Assembly (NCBI GenBank): GCA_963691875.1
Contig: OY829846.1
Location: 2,208,001-2,272,000, forward strand
Reading direction: 5' to 3'
DNA from: Aureliella sp.
GTDB taxonomy: Bacteria; Planctomycetota; Planctomycetia; Pirellulales; Pirellulaceae
Length of the DNA stretch: 64,000 bases
Position 1 is the stretch's first letter; the number at the start of each line of letters is the position of its first letter. The position numbers were made by a program, and so were the translations under genes. The notes below the pieces were generated by a model. That model ran no database searches. It was given only the letters and a program-made list of their open reading frames with translations, and was not told the origin of the DNA. Below are positions 1-9,787 of this stretch, piece after piece.

Positions 1-481
1 TTTGGCTTCGTCAGCCGCTTGCATTGTTGGATGGCCTCAGTCAGGAGAGAAGACGGGCTAGAAATCACATCGCAAAATGGGAAAACGCTACAGCGACCGA
101 TCGCAAAAAGCCAAATTGAATCTCTTCCTGAGACCTCGTGGGTTGAGTGAAGTTTACAAATTTTTGTTGCGATAGCTACGTGGCGATTATTGGATTGGTT
201 CGAGAGCATCAGAACGCAGTTGCACTTTGCTTGATACGATTCGCGTCTCCGTAGACACGAAGCGAGCGTCTGTTTCCGTTCCAGTGTGGGCACAAGTCCG
301 AGCTAATCGCCAATTGCTATCAGCTAAACGCCAATTTTGACCGATAAGAAACCGACCCGATGTAGGTAGAAGTGAGTTTCTACAGCCGTGGGCAGCGGCG
401 GCGGCTTGTGCCTAGCTCGCCTAACCAGCCAGCCGAGGCTGAAAAAGCAGTTTTGCGTTGCTTTCCGACGCCAAAAACGGC

Positions 482-510
482 TTGCGAGTCTTTGGGTCTA
501 CGGATACACT
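482..510 (+). promoter_or_regulatory. Putative sigma70-type promoter of rplM-rpsI
   Basis: TTGCGA (482-487), 17-nt spacer, TACACT (505-510), about 60 nt upstream of the rplM ATG. Confidence 0.55.
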
Positions 511-569
511 TCGGAACTTGTTTTCACGCTGTCACAGCACCATTCCAGCTAATTTTGGTCCACAGATCG

Positions 570-1028
570 ATGACTCTTAGTCAAAAAACCACCGTCGCGA
601 AGCCAAATGAGATCCCTCAGAAGTGGTTTCACGTGGATGCGGAATCACAGGTACTTGGCCGTCTAGCCAGCGACATCGCTATGATCCTCATGGGCAAGCA
701 CCGTCCGACGTACACCCCGCACGTCGACACTGGCGACTTTGTAGTTGTGACCAATGCGGAAAAGGTGGAGATGACCGGCCAGAAGTTCCGTGATCGCCAC
801 TACGCTTGGTACACCGGCTACACCGGCCAGAAGCTAGAAAGCTACGGCGATCGCCGCGATCGCAAACCGGAAGATCTGATCTACCACGCTGTCCGACGCA
901 TGTTGCCGAAGAACAAGCTGGCTCGCAAGATGCTCGATAAGCTGAAGATCTATGTTGGCCCTGAGCACCCACATCAAGCTCAGCAGCCCGAGACTCTAGA
1001 AAACATTGGCAAGAAGAAGGCCATTTAG
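570..1028 (+). CDS. rplM: 50S ribosomal protein L13
   Basis: WFHVDAESQVLGRLAS...GKHRPTYTPHVDTGDFVVVTNAEK...MLPKNKLARK. ATG at 570 chosen over the upstream ORF extension. Confidence 0.98.
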   Translation: MTLSQKTTVAKPNEIPQKWFHVDAESQVLGRLASDIAMILMGKHRPTYTPHVDTGDFVVVTNAEKVEMTGQKFRDRHYAWYTGYTGQKLESYGDRRDRKPEDLIYHAVRRMLPKNKLARKMLDKLKIYVGPEHPHQAQQPETLENIGKKKAI

Positions 1029-1097
1029 GCCCGTTCCGGAACAACCTAGCAGTAACCACAGACATTGGCACCCAGAATTCAAAGCAAATAAGAATCC

Positions 1098-1511
1098 ATG
1101 GTAGCGGTTAAGAAAGACAAGATTAACGGTGATTCACTTGGTACTGGACGGCGTAAGAGCTCGGTAGCTCGCGTTCGCCTTCGTGCTGGATCTGGTAACG
1201 TTACCGTTAACGGCAAGAAGCTCGAAGAATTCTTCCCAACTGTGCAGCACCAGCAAGATGTCCTGCAGACCCTGGCTCATGTCGAGGCTAGCGGATCAGT
1301 GGACGTGATCTGCCGAGTCAACGGTGGCGGCATCACTGGCCAAGCTGGAGCGATTCGCATGGCTTTGGCTCGTGCTTTGGTCAGCTACAACGAAGAAAAC
1401 TTCCAGCCGCTTCGTGACGACGGCTTCCTTACGCGAGACGCTCGAATGAAAGAGCGTAAGAAGCCTGGCTTGCACGGTGCCCGTCGCGGTACTCAGTTCA
1501 GCAAGCGTTAA
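1098..1511 (+). CDS. rpsI: 30S ribosomal protein S9
   Basis: GTGRRKSSVARV...GGGITGQAGAIR...TRDARMKERKKPG...QFSKR; follows rplM. Confidence 0.98.
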   Translation: MVAVKKDKINGDSLGTGRRKSSVARVRLRAGSGNVTVNGKKLEEFFPTVQHQQDVLQTLAHVEASGSVDVICRVNGGGITGQAGAIRMALARALVSYNEENFQPLRDDGFLTRDARMKERKKPGLHGARRGTQFSKR

Positions 1512-1541
1512 TTCGCCCTGAAACTCAAGCAAAATCAGCAC

Positions 1542-1577
1542 AAACAGGCTCGCCGCTCGGCGAGCCTGTTTTTGTTT
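1542..1577 (+). terminator. Intrinsic terminator of rplM-rpsI
   Basis: 13-bp stem AAACAGGCTCGCC/GGCGAGCCTGTTT with GCTC loop, running into a T-rich tail. Confidence 0.9.
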
Positions 1578-1675
1578 GTAGCTGTAACGCACAACAAACG
1601 AGTAGCGGAAGGCTTCCAACGTGGGATAAGTTTCTAACTTGCCAGCCTGCCGAACTCTACTGTTGATTAAGTGGG

Positions 1676-2242
1676 TTAAGCGTCCTGCTTGTCATCCCGC
1701 AACTTCGGAGATGTTGGTAAGTTGCCAAGACTTTCGGCGTCTTGCCTTATCAAGCCAACGCTCAACTCCTCATTCGTATCGGTGAGATCCCGCCACCTTT
1801 CGCCGGAGCTTGCCTCAGACGGTAAGTGCTCAACTCTAAATCGAATACCCAAGAAAACAAATATTCTCCGAGGGGGATTTCGCCTTCTGATCTGAGAGCT
1901 CTCTTGAGGACGACTGATTGCCGCCCTGCCTGAAAGAATCACGCGGAGTCTGAGAAGTAATGAAACTCGTGTGAAACCGCCGTCTACCAACGCTAGAACA
2001 GCTCCAATTTCGAGAGTTGCTCACCCACCGTAACTGTAACCAACACCAATGATTCTGGTCCCAGAAGCCTCGGTTAAGCTGTTGCCGATTATTACCGATT
2101 TCCTGGCCTGAGCACCATCACCTTCGATGAAGATGTCACCGGACGCATTGCCCCGTCCCGCGGGGAACGAAGCATCGAGAATACGGATCAGTTCCCCAAA
2201 CACTGAGTCTCGGGGAGGCCGATGCATTGAAGAAGTAACCAA
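1676..2242 (-). pseudogene. Degraded alpha/beta-hydrolase-like remnant
   Basis: ORFs 2021..2242 and 1676..1990 are in one frame, separated by TGA at 2021-2023: IIGVGYSYGG*ATLEIGAVLA (GxSxG elbow-like). Confidence 0.35.
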
Positions 2243-2279
2243 GCACCAAAAAGTGGCAGCTCATCGGTGCGGCGTCACA

Positions 2280-3230
2280 ATGATCAAGTTCAAGACGATA
2301 GGAATCAGCGTGCTTCGGTTGGCTCTGATCATTTCGGCAATGCGGTCTGCTCGCCGAGTGCAGTGCCAGAACAATTTGCTCCAGTTGCTCGTCGCGACGC
2401 AGTCTCATCATACGACGAACGGCTCTTTGCCGTACTCCTACAACGGTACCAGTCTGAAGTATCCATTGCGTGGATGGGATCTGTTTCACTTGCATTCTTA
2501 ACGCGTCGAGTTGGTACCCTTCATGGAAAAGCAGGGTATCAAGGAGCAAGTGCAGTGAGACTAGCTGGCAAGCGCAGATGAAAATCTACCCTTAGCTCAA
2601 ACTCAAATCTCATCTTTGATTTGCCCAAGCGGAAGTGATCCGAACGATCTCGGGGTGGGACTTAAACACGGATTTTGCCGATGCCGGCGGATGCAATCGC
2701 ACTCGACCAAATGCATTCGATCGCCCAAGGCGACTGCGATGCGATGGCTGGCATACAAAACCTACTCGCCCCACTTCCAACTAGCGGCAACGCCCTTCCA
2801 GTTAACTATATGCACTCGGGAATCTAGGGCTGAACATTGTTCGACAAGACTCAGGATGCAGACATCGAGTTCCGCGGCTTTTGAGCTGGAAAGTTCCGCG
2901 ATGTGACCGCTAGGCTATCAGGCACAGATGTGATCTAGTAGCGGAACGGGAAGCCAGTACGATAGAACAATTCTAAACTGCGGCCCGCGGACAAAAATGT
3001 ATCCTGAACGCATCGGTTGGTTGTGCAGCAACACTTCTGCCGGGTCGGTCAAAGGGGCCGGCAACCGGCGTGGATTAGGAAAACTGCACCTGCATCTAGT
3101 CCGTTAAAGCCGGCGAGGTAAATGTGAGCCTCGTAGGTAGTCCGAGCACGTCGTTCCCGGTGCAATACCCTCCCAAATTTCTACGCTCATTTAAATGACA
3201 GCGCACCGGGAGAGTCTGGGGGCAATGATG
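2280..3230 (+). pseudogene. DUF1559 (Planctomycete prepilin-like) pseudogene
   Basis: ARRVQCQNNLLQL...HS*RVELVPFMEKQ...VQ*D*...LICPS, later GI*G*, KFRDVTARLSGT (cf. DITDGLSNT) and CI*SVKAGEVNVSL (cf. GIYSFHxGGxNV). Stops at 2499, 2556, 2562 and more; boundaries approximate. Confidence 0.8.
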
Positions 3231-3387
3231 TATGCTCACCCAGGTTAGCAGCTTACACTTGTAACCGCACTCCCCGTACCCGACAGACCGAGTGCAGAAC
3301 GTTAACCGCTCCGGGTGAGGATTCGGTAGTGTCGAGTCCAAGCCGGCCACATGCCCTCAAGCTAGCGTGGTCTGTGCCACGCTCGGA

Positions 3388-4218
3388 CTAACTCTTTCGC
3401 TTGTCCTGCTCAACCATCGCGTAGGCATTGTGACTATGGATCGACTCGAAGTTCTCTGAAAAGCACTGGAACCAAACGATCCGATCGTCGTCTCGTAAGG
3501 TGACGGCCATGTCCCGAACAATATCTTCGACGAACTTCGGATTCTCGTAGGCTTTTTCAGTAACCCATTTTTCGTCGGGGCGCTTCAACACGGAATAAAC
3601 CTGAGTGGAAGCACACTGCTCGATCATCGAGAACAGTTCTTCAATCCAGAAATTCACACCCTCGGCAATACGAACCTTGACAGTCATCTCGCATCTTTGA
3701 TTGTGAGCCCCGTAATCCGAGATCTCTTTCGAGCACGGGCACAGGCTCGTTGCGGGGATCTTAAGCGTCATGACAAAATCATCTTCGGTTCCGCTTGCTA
3801 GCTCAAAAGTTACGTCGATATCGAGTTTCCCAGCCTGCCCAGTAACTGGTGCTGTCTTGGTGATGAAGTACGGGAAGTTGACTTCAAGAAAAGCGCTATC
3901 GGCATTCAGCTTTTCTCGCATTGCGACTGTCAGCTCAGTGAGTGAGTCACTGCAAAGTCCCTCGTGGCGATCGCTGAGCACTTCGAGGAACCGCGACATG
4001 TGGGTTCCTTTCTCAGTATGTGGAAGTGCCACAAACATATTTATATTTGCCACGGTGTGCTGGAACGTGTTGCCGCTGCCATCGCCTGGAGTCCGAAGTG
4101 AAATCGGATAACGAACGTTTGTCACACCAACGCGATTAATCGCAACGCGTCGCGTGTCTCCGCTTGCCTGAATGTCGGGAAGCGGTTGCCGGTTCTTTTC
4201 TGCTGACAGATGAATCAT
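3388..4218 (-). CDS. folE2: GTP cyclohydrolase I type 2 (IB)
   Basis: LPDIQ...INRVGV...KGTHMSRF...TSLCPCSKEIS.YGAHNQR...LKRPDEK...YENPKFVEDIVR...ENFESIHSHNA. Confidence 0.96.
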   Translation of the reverse strand: MIHLSAEKNRQPLPDIQASGDTRRVAINRVGVTNVRYPISLRTPGDGSGNTFQHTVANINMFVALPHTEKGTHMSRFLEVLSDRHEGLCSDSLTELTVAMREKLNADSAFLEVNFPYFITKTAPVTGQAGKLDIDVTFELASGTEDDFVMTLKIPATSLCPCSKEISDYGAHNQRCEMTVKVRIAEGVNFWIEELFSMIEQCASTQVYSVLKRPDEKWVTEKAYENPKFVEDIVRDMAVTLRDDDRIVWFQCFSENFESIHSHNAYAMVEQDKRKS

Positions 4219-4313
4219 TTTCGTTCCTTTTGTCGCGACTCAGTCCATGAAAAAGAACCAAGCCAGATTAGTTGTGATGGTGAGATTGGTCGGCATTCCG
4301 TGACGGAGATGTA

Positions 4314-4793
4314 CTAGCACTCAGCTGCACCAACCAGCTGCTGATTCCCGGGCGAGCCGTTCGGTTCGCTTACACTCGCTTCGGCGTAAGATTCTTCGGT
4401 CTCCCAGATCCTGACGGCGATAGCGGTTGCACCGCTGTCTGCCAGGACAAGGGGGCAAACTTCCTCGAGCAGAAACTTCGCCATGTTTTCTGCGGTTGGA
4501 TTGTAGGGCAGAACAAAAAAACGACTTGGCTTGACCAATTCAAGTGCCTGCCTAGCGTTCGTGTCTTCGTGACTGATCAAGAATGAGTGATCCCAATTTT
4601 CATCAAGCCAGCCTTTCACTCGTTTCTTCAAATCAGAAAAATCAAGCACACGGCCGACACTATCCTGCTCGTCGCCCTGCACAAAGAAATCTGCCACATA
4701 GTTGTGTCCGTGAAAATGCTCGCACTTACCCCCGTGTCCAAAAAGGCGATGGCCGGCGCAGAATTTAATGCGCCGCATAATTGTCAAAGACAT
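4314..4793 (-). CDS. queD: 6-carboxytetrahydropterin synthase / PTPS family
   Basis: FCAGHRL...GKCEHFHGHNY...LDFSDLK...WDH...NPTAENMA...IWETE. Confidence 0.9.
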   Translation of the reverse strand: MSLTIMRRIKFCAGHRLFGHGGKCEHFHGHNYVADFFVQGDEQDSVGRVLDFSDLKKRVKGWLDENWDHSFLISHEDTNARQALELVKPSRFFVLPYNPTAENMAKFLLEEVCPLVLADSGATAIAVRIWETEESYAEASVSEPNGSPGNQQLVGAAEC

Positions 4794-5097
4794 TAGTTCT
4801 CTTCTTGTCAGGTTAAGCTAGTTTTGATCGCTACGTTTCGGCGGAAAACTGTACCAGGCTGTCCAGTGCCACTCAACCAGCGACAGGTAGGAGGACTGTG
4901 AGGACAATCCTATTTGGGACTGACTTGTGAGTAACCGGGCAACGCTTGCGGATTGCACCTGTGCTGCCAGCCCCTCTTCCAGGGAATTGCAATCCCGCAA
5001 AGCTACTTCGCGCCTCGTTTTTTGGGTTCCACTTCCGCAACCTCTTGAGGGGGCGAAAGCCGATTTAATCTGGAATCTTGACAACGACTTTATTCTA

Positions 5098-5487
5098 TCA
5101 GCTACCTTCAAGAAAAGATCGGTCAGTCAGCTCGCGCGGCATCGTATCGCTCGTAATATCACGCTTATGCAAAAACAATTCGAGAATCGCTGGCAATGCC
5201 TCGTCGCCCATGGCGAGTAATGCTTGCGAGGGAGCAATGGCTTCATTATTGACGAAGAATGGCTCGGGAGGATGCGTCTGTGCGACCATCTCCTTCAAGA
5301 CTGGAATCGCCTCTTGGGCGTCGCTTCCGAGCTAGGCCAACTCCCTGATCCATTCGAGACGCTGCTTTTGCGCAGCCTCTGGCTTATCGTTCGACTGAGT
5401 CGCAAGTTCTGTGCCACTTTCCGATATCCAGTGCTTGAACAACAGAGGCAAGCAGAGGAATTAGAAAGCAGATTCAAAGTATATGCA
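5098..5487 (-). pseudogene. HEAT-repeat-like secreted protein remnant
   Basis: MHIL*ICFLIPLLASVVQA signal-like start, a frameshift, then QRLEWIRELA*LGSDAQEAIPVLKEM...ALLAMGDEALPAI (TAG at 5332-5334). Confidence 0.55.
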
Positions 5488-5504
5488 TCGAAATCTCCGG
5501 TCCT

Positions 5505-7418
5505 TCATCGCACTTGATTGTTCGTTCCCAGCAGCTCGTTCACGGCGCGGTTTGCAACACGAACGATATACTTATTGGGTTGGTCTACCATAGCGGCTTG
5601 CAAATCGCTCAGAGCCGGTCGCGCAGCCTCGTCGAGTTCATCCAGAGCGATCACCGCCGCAAGGCGCCCCCATTGGTGCTCACTGGCCAGCTCTCGCTTC
5701 AGAACAGCCAACCCCACACTGCGCTTACCCATTCGGCATAGTCCGCGCGCAGCAGCAATTCGGACGTTGGGAGATTTGTCGTGCAGTGCTTTGCGCAGGG
5801 CATTTTCAGCATCAGCACCGGCTGCAGTGCCTGTATTGCCAAGTCCCGTCGCGCCCCAATATCGGATAGAAGCATCGCTATGCCCGAGAGCTTGGAGTAA
5901 ATCTTCTGTGGCGGATTCTCCTTCGGATGCTTTCGCCGCCATTTCGACTAATTTCAATACCTTCGCTTCGTCACTTGGATCTTGCCGTAGGATATCAAAA
6001 CGAACACCAATCTCCTTCTCGCGAATTTCGATTTCAGCTTCAGGCATCAGACCAATGTCACGCACTTCGGATTGCCAAGCCAGGCATACCTGTCGAAGCT
6101 GCCTCAGCTTCGCAACATGTTCTGGGCGACTTGACTCGACGAGATTGTGAACTTCATGAGGATCAGCATCCAGATCATAGAGCTCCTCGACTGGCTTCGC
6201 GCCAAGAGAAAATTGTTTGGCCAGCTCTGGCAAAGTCCCGGTCGATTCGGCCCGACGAATCTCGCGCATCGTCGCCCCCTTTTCGGGCGTGTTCATGTAT
6301 TGGTAGTAGGGCTTGAGTGGTTCGAAGTTGCGAATGTAGCGATAGCGTTTGGTACGGACTGCTCGGATAATATCGTAGCGTTCATCCATTCGATCGCGCG
6401 CACCGAAGACGTACTGACGCTCTGGTGTGAGATCATCTCCGAGAAAAGCGCGGCCTTGCATGTACTCTGGTACCTTGACACCAGCTAGCTTGAGCGTCGT
6501 AGGAGCGAAGTCTACCGAGCCGACCAGCTCGTTGCTCGTCGCACCAGGTATTCCCTGCCCTGCCGTCCGCCACTTCTCTGGAATGCGAACAATAAAAGGA
6601 ATTCGCGTACCTGAATCGTAGAGCCATCGCTTGGCACGTGGCAGTCCAACACCATGGTCGGACCAAAAAATGACGATTGTGTCGTCCGCCAGACCGGCTT
6701 CGTCAAGTGCACGCAAGTGCTCTCCGGCCCAATGGTCCATGGCTGTGATCAACTCGTAGTTGCGTTCCCAATCCTCGCGGGTGACCTTGGTATCGGGATA
6801 ATAAGGCGGTAGAGTCGTCAATTCGCTGGCGTCCTGTCGCTGCTCAGGCTTGAGCACCTTGGTCACGGACTTATACTTGCTCTCGGAAGCGATCCCGCTC
6901 TCATGACAGCCGGTAAAATTGAAAACAGCAAAAAAGGGTTGGGCAGCCTCACGCTTCTTCCAATGTGCCTTGCTACCACTTTCATTCCAGATCGTTTTGG
7001 CGGATGGACTCCTGAACTGGTAGTCAGTCTTGCTGTTGTTGGTGCAATAATAACCAGCCTCTCGCAAGTAAATCGGAAATGGCTTGAGCCAATCCGGAAG
7101 CTTGGCATCGCAGCGCATGTGATGCGTTCCAATCGAGTTCTGGTACATCCCGGTGATCACGGTCGATCGGCAAGGAGCACAAACACCAGCCGCGGTAAAC
7201 ACATTGGTGTATCGCACCCCCTGCTCCGCCAAAAGGTCAAGATTCGGGGTGATCGCGTGCGGGTCGCCGAAACAAGCCAAGTGAGGACTGATATCCTCAC
7301 AAGAGAGCCAGAGTATGTTGGGACGATCGGCGGCAGCGACGACGCTGACTCGAAGCAGGACCAGTATGATCACGAGAAACGGTATGTTACGAGCCTGATA
7401 CCTGCGGAAGGAAATCAT
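5505..7418 (-). CDS. Sulfatase with C-terminal HEAT repeats
   Basis: Signal peptide, RPNILW, CAPCR (CxPxR), SDHG, EELYDL; tail has IRYWGATGLG and NVRIAAARGL HEAT units. Confidence 0.92.
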   Translation of the reverse strand: MISFRRYQARNIPFLVIILVLLRVSVVAAADRPNILWLSCEDISPHLACFGDPHAITPNLDLLAEQGVRYTNVFTAAGVCAPCRSTVITGMYQNSIGTHHMRCDAKLPDWLKPFPIYLREAGYYCTNNSKTDYQFRSPSAKTIWNESGSKAHWKKREAAQPFFAVFNFTGCHESGIASESKYKSVTKVLKPEQRQDASELTTLPPYYPDTKVTREDWERNYELITAMDHWAGEHLRALDEAGLADDTIVIFWSDHGVGLPRAKRWLYDSGTRIPFIVRIPEKWRTAGQGIPGATSNELVGSVDFAPTTLKLAGVKVPEYMQGRAFLGDDLTPERQYVFGARDRMDERYDIIRAVRTKRYRYIRNFEPLKPYYQYMNTPEKGATMREIRRAESTGTLPELAKQFSLGAKPVEELYDLDADPHEVHNLVESSRPEHVAKLRQLRQVCLAWQSEVRDIGLMPEAEIEIREKEIGVRFDILRQDPSDEAKVLKLVEMAAKASEGESATEDLLQALGHSDASIRYWGATGLGNTGTAAGADAENALRKALHDKSPNVRIAAARGLCRMGKRSVGLAVLKRELASEHQWGRLAAVIALDELDEAARPALSDLQAAMVDQPNKYIVRVANRAVNELLGTNNQVR

Positions 7419-7597
7419 GTTGGATCCTGATTGGCAAACTTGTGTTACGCCGCTAGGCAACGGCTTGAGTGTGCTAGACTAAAGGCCAGGCCCTGAATTT
7501 CATCGAATCTTAGCTGACGCTGCGGGTTGTGTTAGAACCCGTCAACGCGCCCCTACCTCTGGCTACCAGTGTAACTTCTACTTCTCACGCACACATC

Positions 7598-9181
7598 ATG
7601 CACCCATTTCTGCTCCTTCGGTTAGCTGTTTTCTTCACGCTCTCACTGAGTGCTCTTCCATCATCAGACGCACATGACGTCAACGTCGATGCTTTGCGAG
7701 ACTACATTGAGCAAACGCGTCAGACTTGGGAAGTACCAGGTTTGGCCGTGGCGATTATCAAGGATGATAAAGTGCTGCTCAGTGCTGGCTTTGGTGTTCG
7801 AGAAGTCGGCAAGTCCGAAATGGTAGATGCAGACACACTCTTCGCCATCGCGTCGAATTCAAAAGCATTCACAGCAGCATCACTCGCGATCCTGGTGGAC
7901 GAAGGGAAGGTCGATTGGGATGACAGAGTCTCTAACTATTTGCCGTGGCTAAAATTGAAAGACCCGATGACTCGCGATCTGCGAGTTCGCGACTTGCTGT
8001 GTCACCGAAGTGGTCTCGGCACGTTTAGCGGTGATTTGCTTTGGTGGGGTACGAGCTACAGTCCGCGCGAAGTCTTGGCGCGAGCAAGAGAGCTCGAACC
8101 AGCCGCCCCTTTCCGCGCGAATTACGGCTACTCCAACTTGATGTTCTTAGCTGCTGGCTTGGTGATCGAAGAAGCGTCTGGGCAGCCCTGGGCAAAATTT
8201 GTTGAGTCCCGAATCTTAAAGCCGCTACATATGACGCGTACTGTTGCATCGGTTCGCGACTTGAGCAGTCAAGGTAACTTTGCTACCCCACACAAGACCT
8301 TGCTGGCCGTAGTTGACTCGTCGAGCAAAACGCTATCCAAGCCTCTGCCATGGATGAACTGGGACAACATGGCCGCCGCAGGAGGGATCATTTCCAGTGC
8401 GAACGAAATGTCGAATTGGATACGGATGCAACTGCGTCGCGGCAAGCTGGAAGGTGATGGTACGGGTGCAATCTTCTCAACCAAACAGGCACAGCAGATG
8501 TGGGCCATGCAAACACCATCGTCGGCCTCGGAGAGTTACCTCAAGCAAAACCATAGCAACTACCGTGGCTACGGGCTCGGCTGGTCGCTCTCCGACTACC
8601 ATGGTCACAAAGTGGTCTCTCACGGCGGGGGCTACGATGGCATGTACTCCCAAGTGCTTTTGGTGCCTGACAAAAATGTTGGCGTTGTCGTTCTAACCAA
8701 CAGCATGACGAGCATTAGCTCTCCGCTAACGCGACACATCATGAATCAGCTCTTGGGTGTCGACGCGAACGACGAAAGCCCCAGTAAGTGGAGTAGTTTT
8801 CTTCGTTCGAGAGAATCATTCGAAAGAAGGATTCACGAGCGAATTACAACAAAACACAAGGAAACTTCTCCAAGCCATCCGTTGGGCGACTACACCGGCG
8901 AGTTTCAGTGTCCTCTCTATGGCGACGCGAGTATTGGACTAGCAGATGGAAAACTTGTTCTCCGCCTGCATGCCAACACGGACCTCGTCGCCGAATTAGA
9001 GCACTTGCACTACGATACGTTCGTGATCCGATGGCGCAAAGAGTTTGCCTGGTTCGCAGAAGGCACGGCTCATTTTGTCGCGGACTCTCATGGTACATTG
9101 ACTCAGATAGAGCTCGATGTGCCAAACGAAGATATGTGGTTCTACGAATTGAAGCTGCGGCGAAAGTCGGAGCCGAAGTGA
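7598..9181 (+). CDS. Serine hydrolase, beta-lactamase (class C-like) family with C-terminal DUF3471-like domain
   Basis: VPGLAVAI, FAIASNSK (SxxK), LLCHRSGL, YGYSN (YxN), HGGG; signal peptide. Confidence 0.9.
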   Translation: MHPFLLLRLAVFFTLSLSALPSSDAHDVNVDALRDYIEQTRQTWEVPGLAVAIIKDDKVLLSAGFGVREVGKSEMVDADTLFAIASNSKAFTAASLAILVDEGKVDWDDRVSNYLPWLKLKDPMTRDLRVRDLLCHRSGLGTFSGDLLWWGTSYSPREVLARARELEPAAPFRANYGYSNLMFLAAGLVIEEASGQPWAKFVESRILKPLHMTRTVASVRDLSSQGNFATPHKTLLAVVDSSSKTLSKPLPWMNWDNMAAAGGIISSANEMSNWIRMQLRRGKLEGDGTGAIFSTKQAQQMWAMQTPSSASESYLKQNHSNYRGYGLGWSLSDYHGHKVVSHGGGYDGMYSQVLLVPDKNVGVVVLTNSMTSISSPLTRHIMNQLLGVDANDESPSKWSSFLRSRESFERRIHERITTKHKETSPSHPLGDYTGEFQCPLYGDASIGLADGKLVLRLHANTDLVAELEHLHYDTFVIRWRKEFAWFAEGTAHFVADSHGTLTQIELDVPNEDMWFYELKLRRKSEPK

Positions 9182-9690
9182 TCGAAGGAGCGTCTGAGAC
9201 CTCCCCGACGCGCCGCGTCAGGAGATCGCAAGTAGTCTGGTTCTTGATTCTGCTTGTCGTTGCATGGTTGGCCATGACAGTGAGCCATGAGCTTGGTCAC
9301 ATTGTGGCTGGCGTATGCTGCGGTGGAACTTTAGAGAGCTACAGCCTGTCGCCGGTCACGCTGCCCTACAGTATCTTCAATCTAGATCCCTATCTCTTGA
9401 TTACACTCGGATGCGGTCCTTTGCTCGAAGTGTCTATGTCTTTCGTACTTGCTTTGACCTTTCGCAAGCGAGCATTTTGGTTCATCGCATATTTTTGTGG
9501 CCTTGCAAACGGACTCTACCTTGCCGTCGCCTGGGTTAGCGGCGACCGATATCTAGACACTCCCAAGCTGCTGGAGCACGGTGCTTGGCCAGCAAGCGTT
9601 CTTGCGTTCTGCGTAGTCACGATCATTGTTGGCTATGTCGGCTTTCGCCATGAGTGCCAGGTACACTTAGCGACCAGCCAACGAGGTTAG
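9178..9690 (+). CDS. Membrane protein with HExxH (M50-like)
   Basis: VSHELGH, several TM segments; GTG start overlaps the upstream stop (GTGA). Confidence 0.7.
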   Translation: MIEGASETSPTRRVRRSQVVWFLILLVVAWLAMTVSHELGHIVAGVCCGGTLESYSLSPVTLPYSIFNLDPYLLITLGCGPLLEVSMSFVLALTFRKRAFWFIAYFCGLANGLYLAVAWVSGDRYLDTPKLLEHGAWPASVLAFCVVTIIVGYVGFRHECQVHLATSQRG

Positions 9691-9787
9691 GCAGTCCGAG
9701 AGCACACCATGGGCAAATAAGGGCTTCGCGAAGATGCAAAAGCGAGAAGCATATTCCACGCGAGGGCCGCAGCAATAAGAGTCCGCC

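Noticed and set aside
372..569. N-terminal extension of L13 in the ORF track
   Set aside because: L13 homology starts at ATG 570, and a promoter-like element lies within the extension.
3240..3350. tmRNA or tRNA-like hints (TTAGCAGCTTA; GTCGAGTCC...GGCCA)
   Set aside because: No acceptor stem or T-stem pairing, no tag reading frame and no tmRNA 5' end.
3364..3390. Pistol-ribozyme-like P1 (CGTGGTCTGTGCCACG)
   Set aside because: The downstream conserved pistol elements are absent; the sequence runs into the folE2 3' end.
5014..5046. preQ1-I riboswitch-like GGTT...AACC-AAAAAACGAG (minus strand)
   Set aside because: The loop cannot form the pseudoknot with the tail, and it lies more than 200 nt from the queD start.
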